Below are positions 62,597 through 64,000 of a stretch of DNA of 64,000 nt, piece after piece. Below the pieces are notes generated by a model. The model saw only the letters and a list, made by a program, of their open reading frames with translations. It did not search any database and was not told the DNA's origin. Position 1 is the stretch's first letter. Each line of letters starts with the position of its first letter. Origin of the DNA: Phoronis australis (taxonomy: Eukaryota > Animalia > Phoronida); the NCBI GenBank assembly GCA_002633005.1, contig NMRA01000147.1:248001-312000 (forward strand), given 5' to 3'. A program made the translations under genes and the position numbers.

Positions 62597-64000
62597 AGAA
62601 GTAAGCAGGCTTTCCACGGAAACCTCATTCATGGCAGTTCAGTGAGTACTAATAATGCACCAGTTAGCTGTCACTCACTACGCGGCTATTTTAGGTGGTG
62701 GTTCACTATCAAAAATAAATCGTAAACCAGAAAAATAATATCAAATTCAGTTTAATTTGAAATATATGGAGTTGTGTGGAATAAGAGTTACTTGGGCTTA
62801 AGTTTCGACTTACCTAACTTAGGTTAAAATCCGTTTCATGGAGTTTTTAACTGAAATGAAGCGTACGATTGTCGTAAAGATAATACACATTGATCGGTAT
62901 GTCTGTAAGACAGTAACGTAGGATCTAAGACAAATTCAACTTCGTTAAGCCCTGACCACGACCGGTTATCACCACTTTGACCAACCCACGTCATCAATTT
63001 CACGCACACCTGAGACTCAGAAGAGGTTTCGCCCCTGACATTGGCAATGATCGGGCAACCGCCCAAGACCCAACTTCCTATTACCATGGACGGAGGTTAA
63101 AGGGAGAGGTTGTCACCAAATAATAAATGGAACACTAGGCACATGAAGTCAGCTTGGAATATTTAATCGTTTTGAAAATCTCTGTCCTCTAATTGAGACA
63201 CGAATTCTAAGCTTGTATACGACTTACAATAGTTTTCAAATTATGGTTGACTGACGCTCTACAAGTGGCTCACGAGAAAGCCCCTTAATTTACATTCATC
63301 GCCCTTACAAAAATTTCAAAGTTCAGATGTTGTGGACTCCTGTTTCGTGTACAGTACATATAGCACTGAAAAAGAGAGAGCAAATACAAATTAATTTGAA
63401 ATACAATTCGATTAATCTAATTTACACTGTTCGCATGTGCTGTTTCCAGTTATCAATAGTTCAAAGACTAAATGCGCTTAAGCGTTGGGAAGCCTATAAC
63501 CGGATAATGTAATCAACGAATGCTAGTCCGTACCAAGCCAGGGGATTGTGTTTCCACCAAGTGTGTTATAAGGCATAAAATCCGTAAGAATTTATCTTGT
63601 GCGGGTCATTATAAGCATTTTTATTGAGGCAGTCAACACAACGCAGATTCACGGCTTCGCACGATCTTTCGCAAAAAGCGTCTTACGAACACTTTAACCA
63701 GATGCCATTACATTCCTGCACAAAATGTTAATACTCTAATCAGTCACGTAGGATCACCATGTAATGGGCGAACAGAGACTATCAACAAGTCACGTCATTG
63801 GATTGAAGTCTTCTCACGGCGGAATTGGCTAGGGGCTGACTACAAGATATGCGACTACTTCAAATGCGATTTTTACTTGTATGTTGCTCTGACACTAAGT
63901 TTTCTGTTGTTCGAACTCTACAAGTCGCAATTTCCGTCCGATCCTCACGAAATTTACACACAACTTTTACTTCTAAAAGTAATGGAACCTCATTATTTTT

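Overview
This is AT-rich, intron-containing animal genomic DNA, probably from an invertebrate and possibly a lophotrochozoan (inferred from gene content only). It has two assembly gaps (8208-8950 and 46030-46610). Five genes are supported: (1) an intronless melatonin-receptor-like class A GPCR (-); (2) a two-exon secreted Kunitz peptide gene (-); (3) a second Kunitz paralog exon that the ORF track missed (-, possibly pseudogenised); (4) a three-exon uncharacterised multipass membrane protein (+); (5) a vasopressin/oxytocin-type neuropeptide receptor (-). The rest is mostly transposable elements and repeats: a 5'-truncated LINE, an Academ-like DNA transposon derivative, several MITE families, a tRNA-derived SINE family, Helitron/Helentron-like repeat blocks, minisatellites and microsatellites. 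Two observations stand out. First, the vasopressin/oxytocin-type receptor has two tandemly duplicated, in-phase alternative last exons, each encoding a different TM7 and C-terminal tail. Second, both Kunitz paralogs share an extra cysteine pair (CC at the N-terminus and GGNCNR), which suggests a four-disulfide Kunitz subfamily with non-canonical binding loops. No prokaryotic system or CRISPR array is supported. All alignments and splice models were made by eye.
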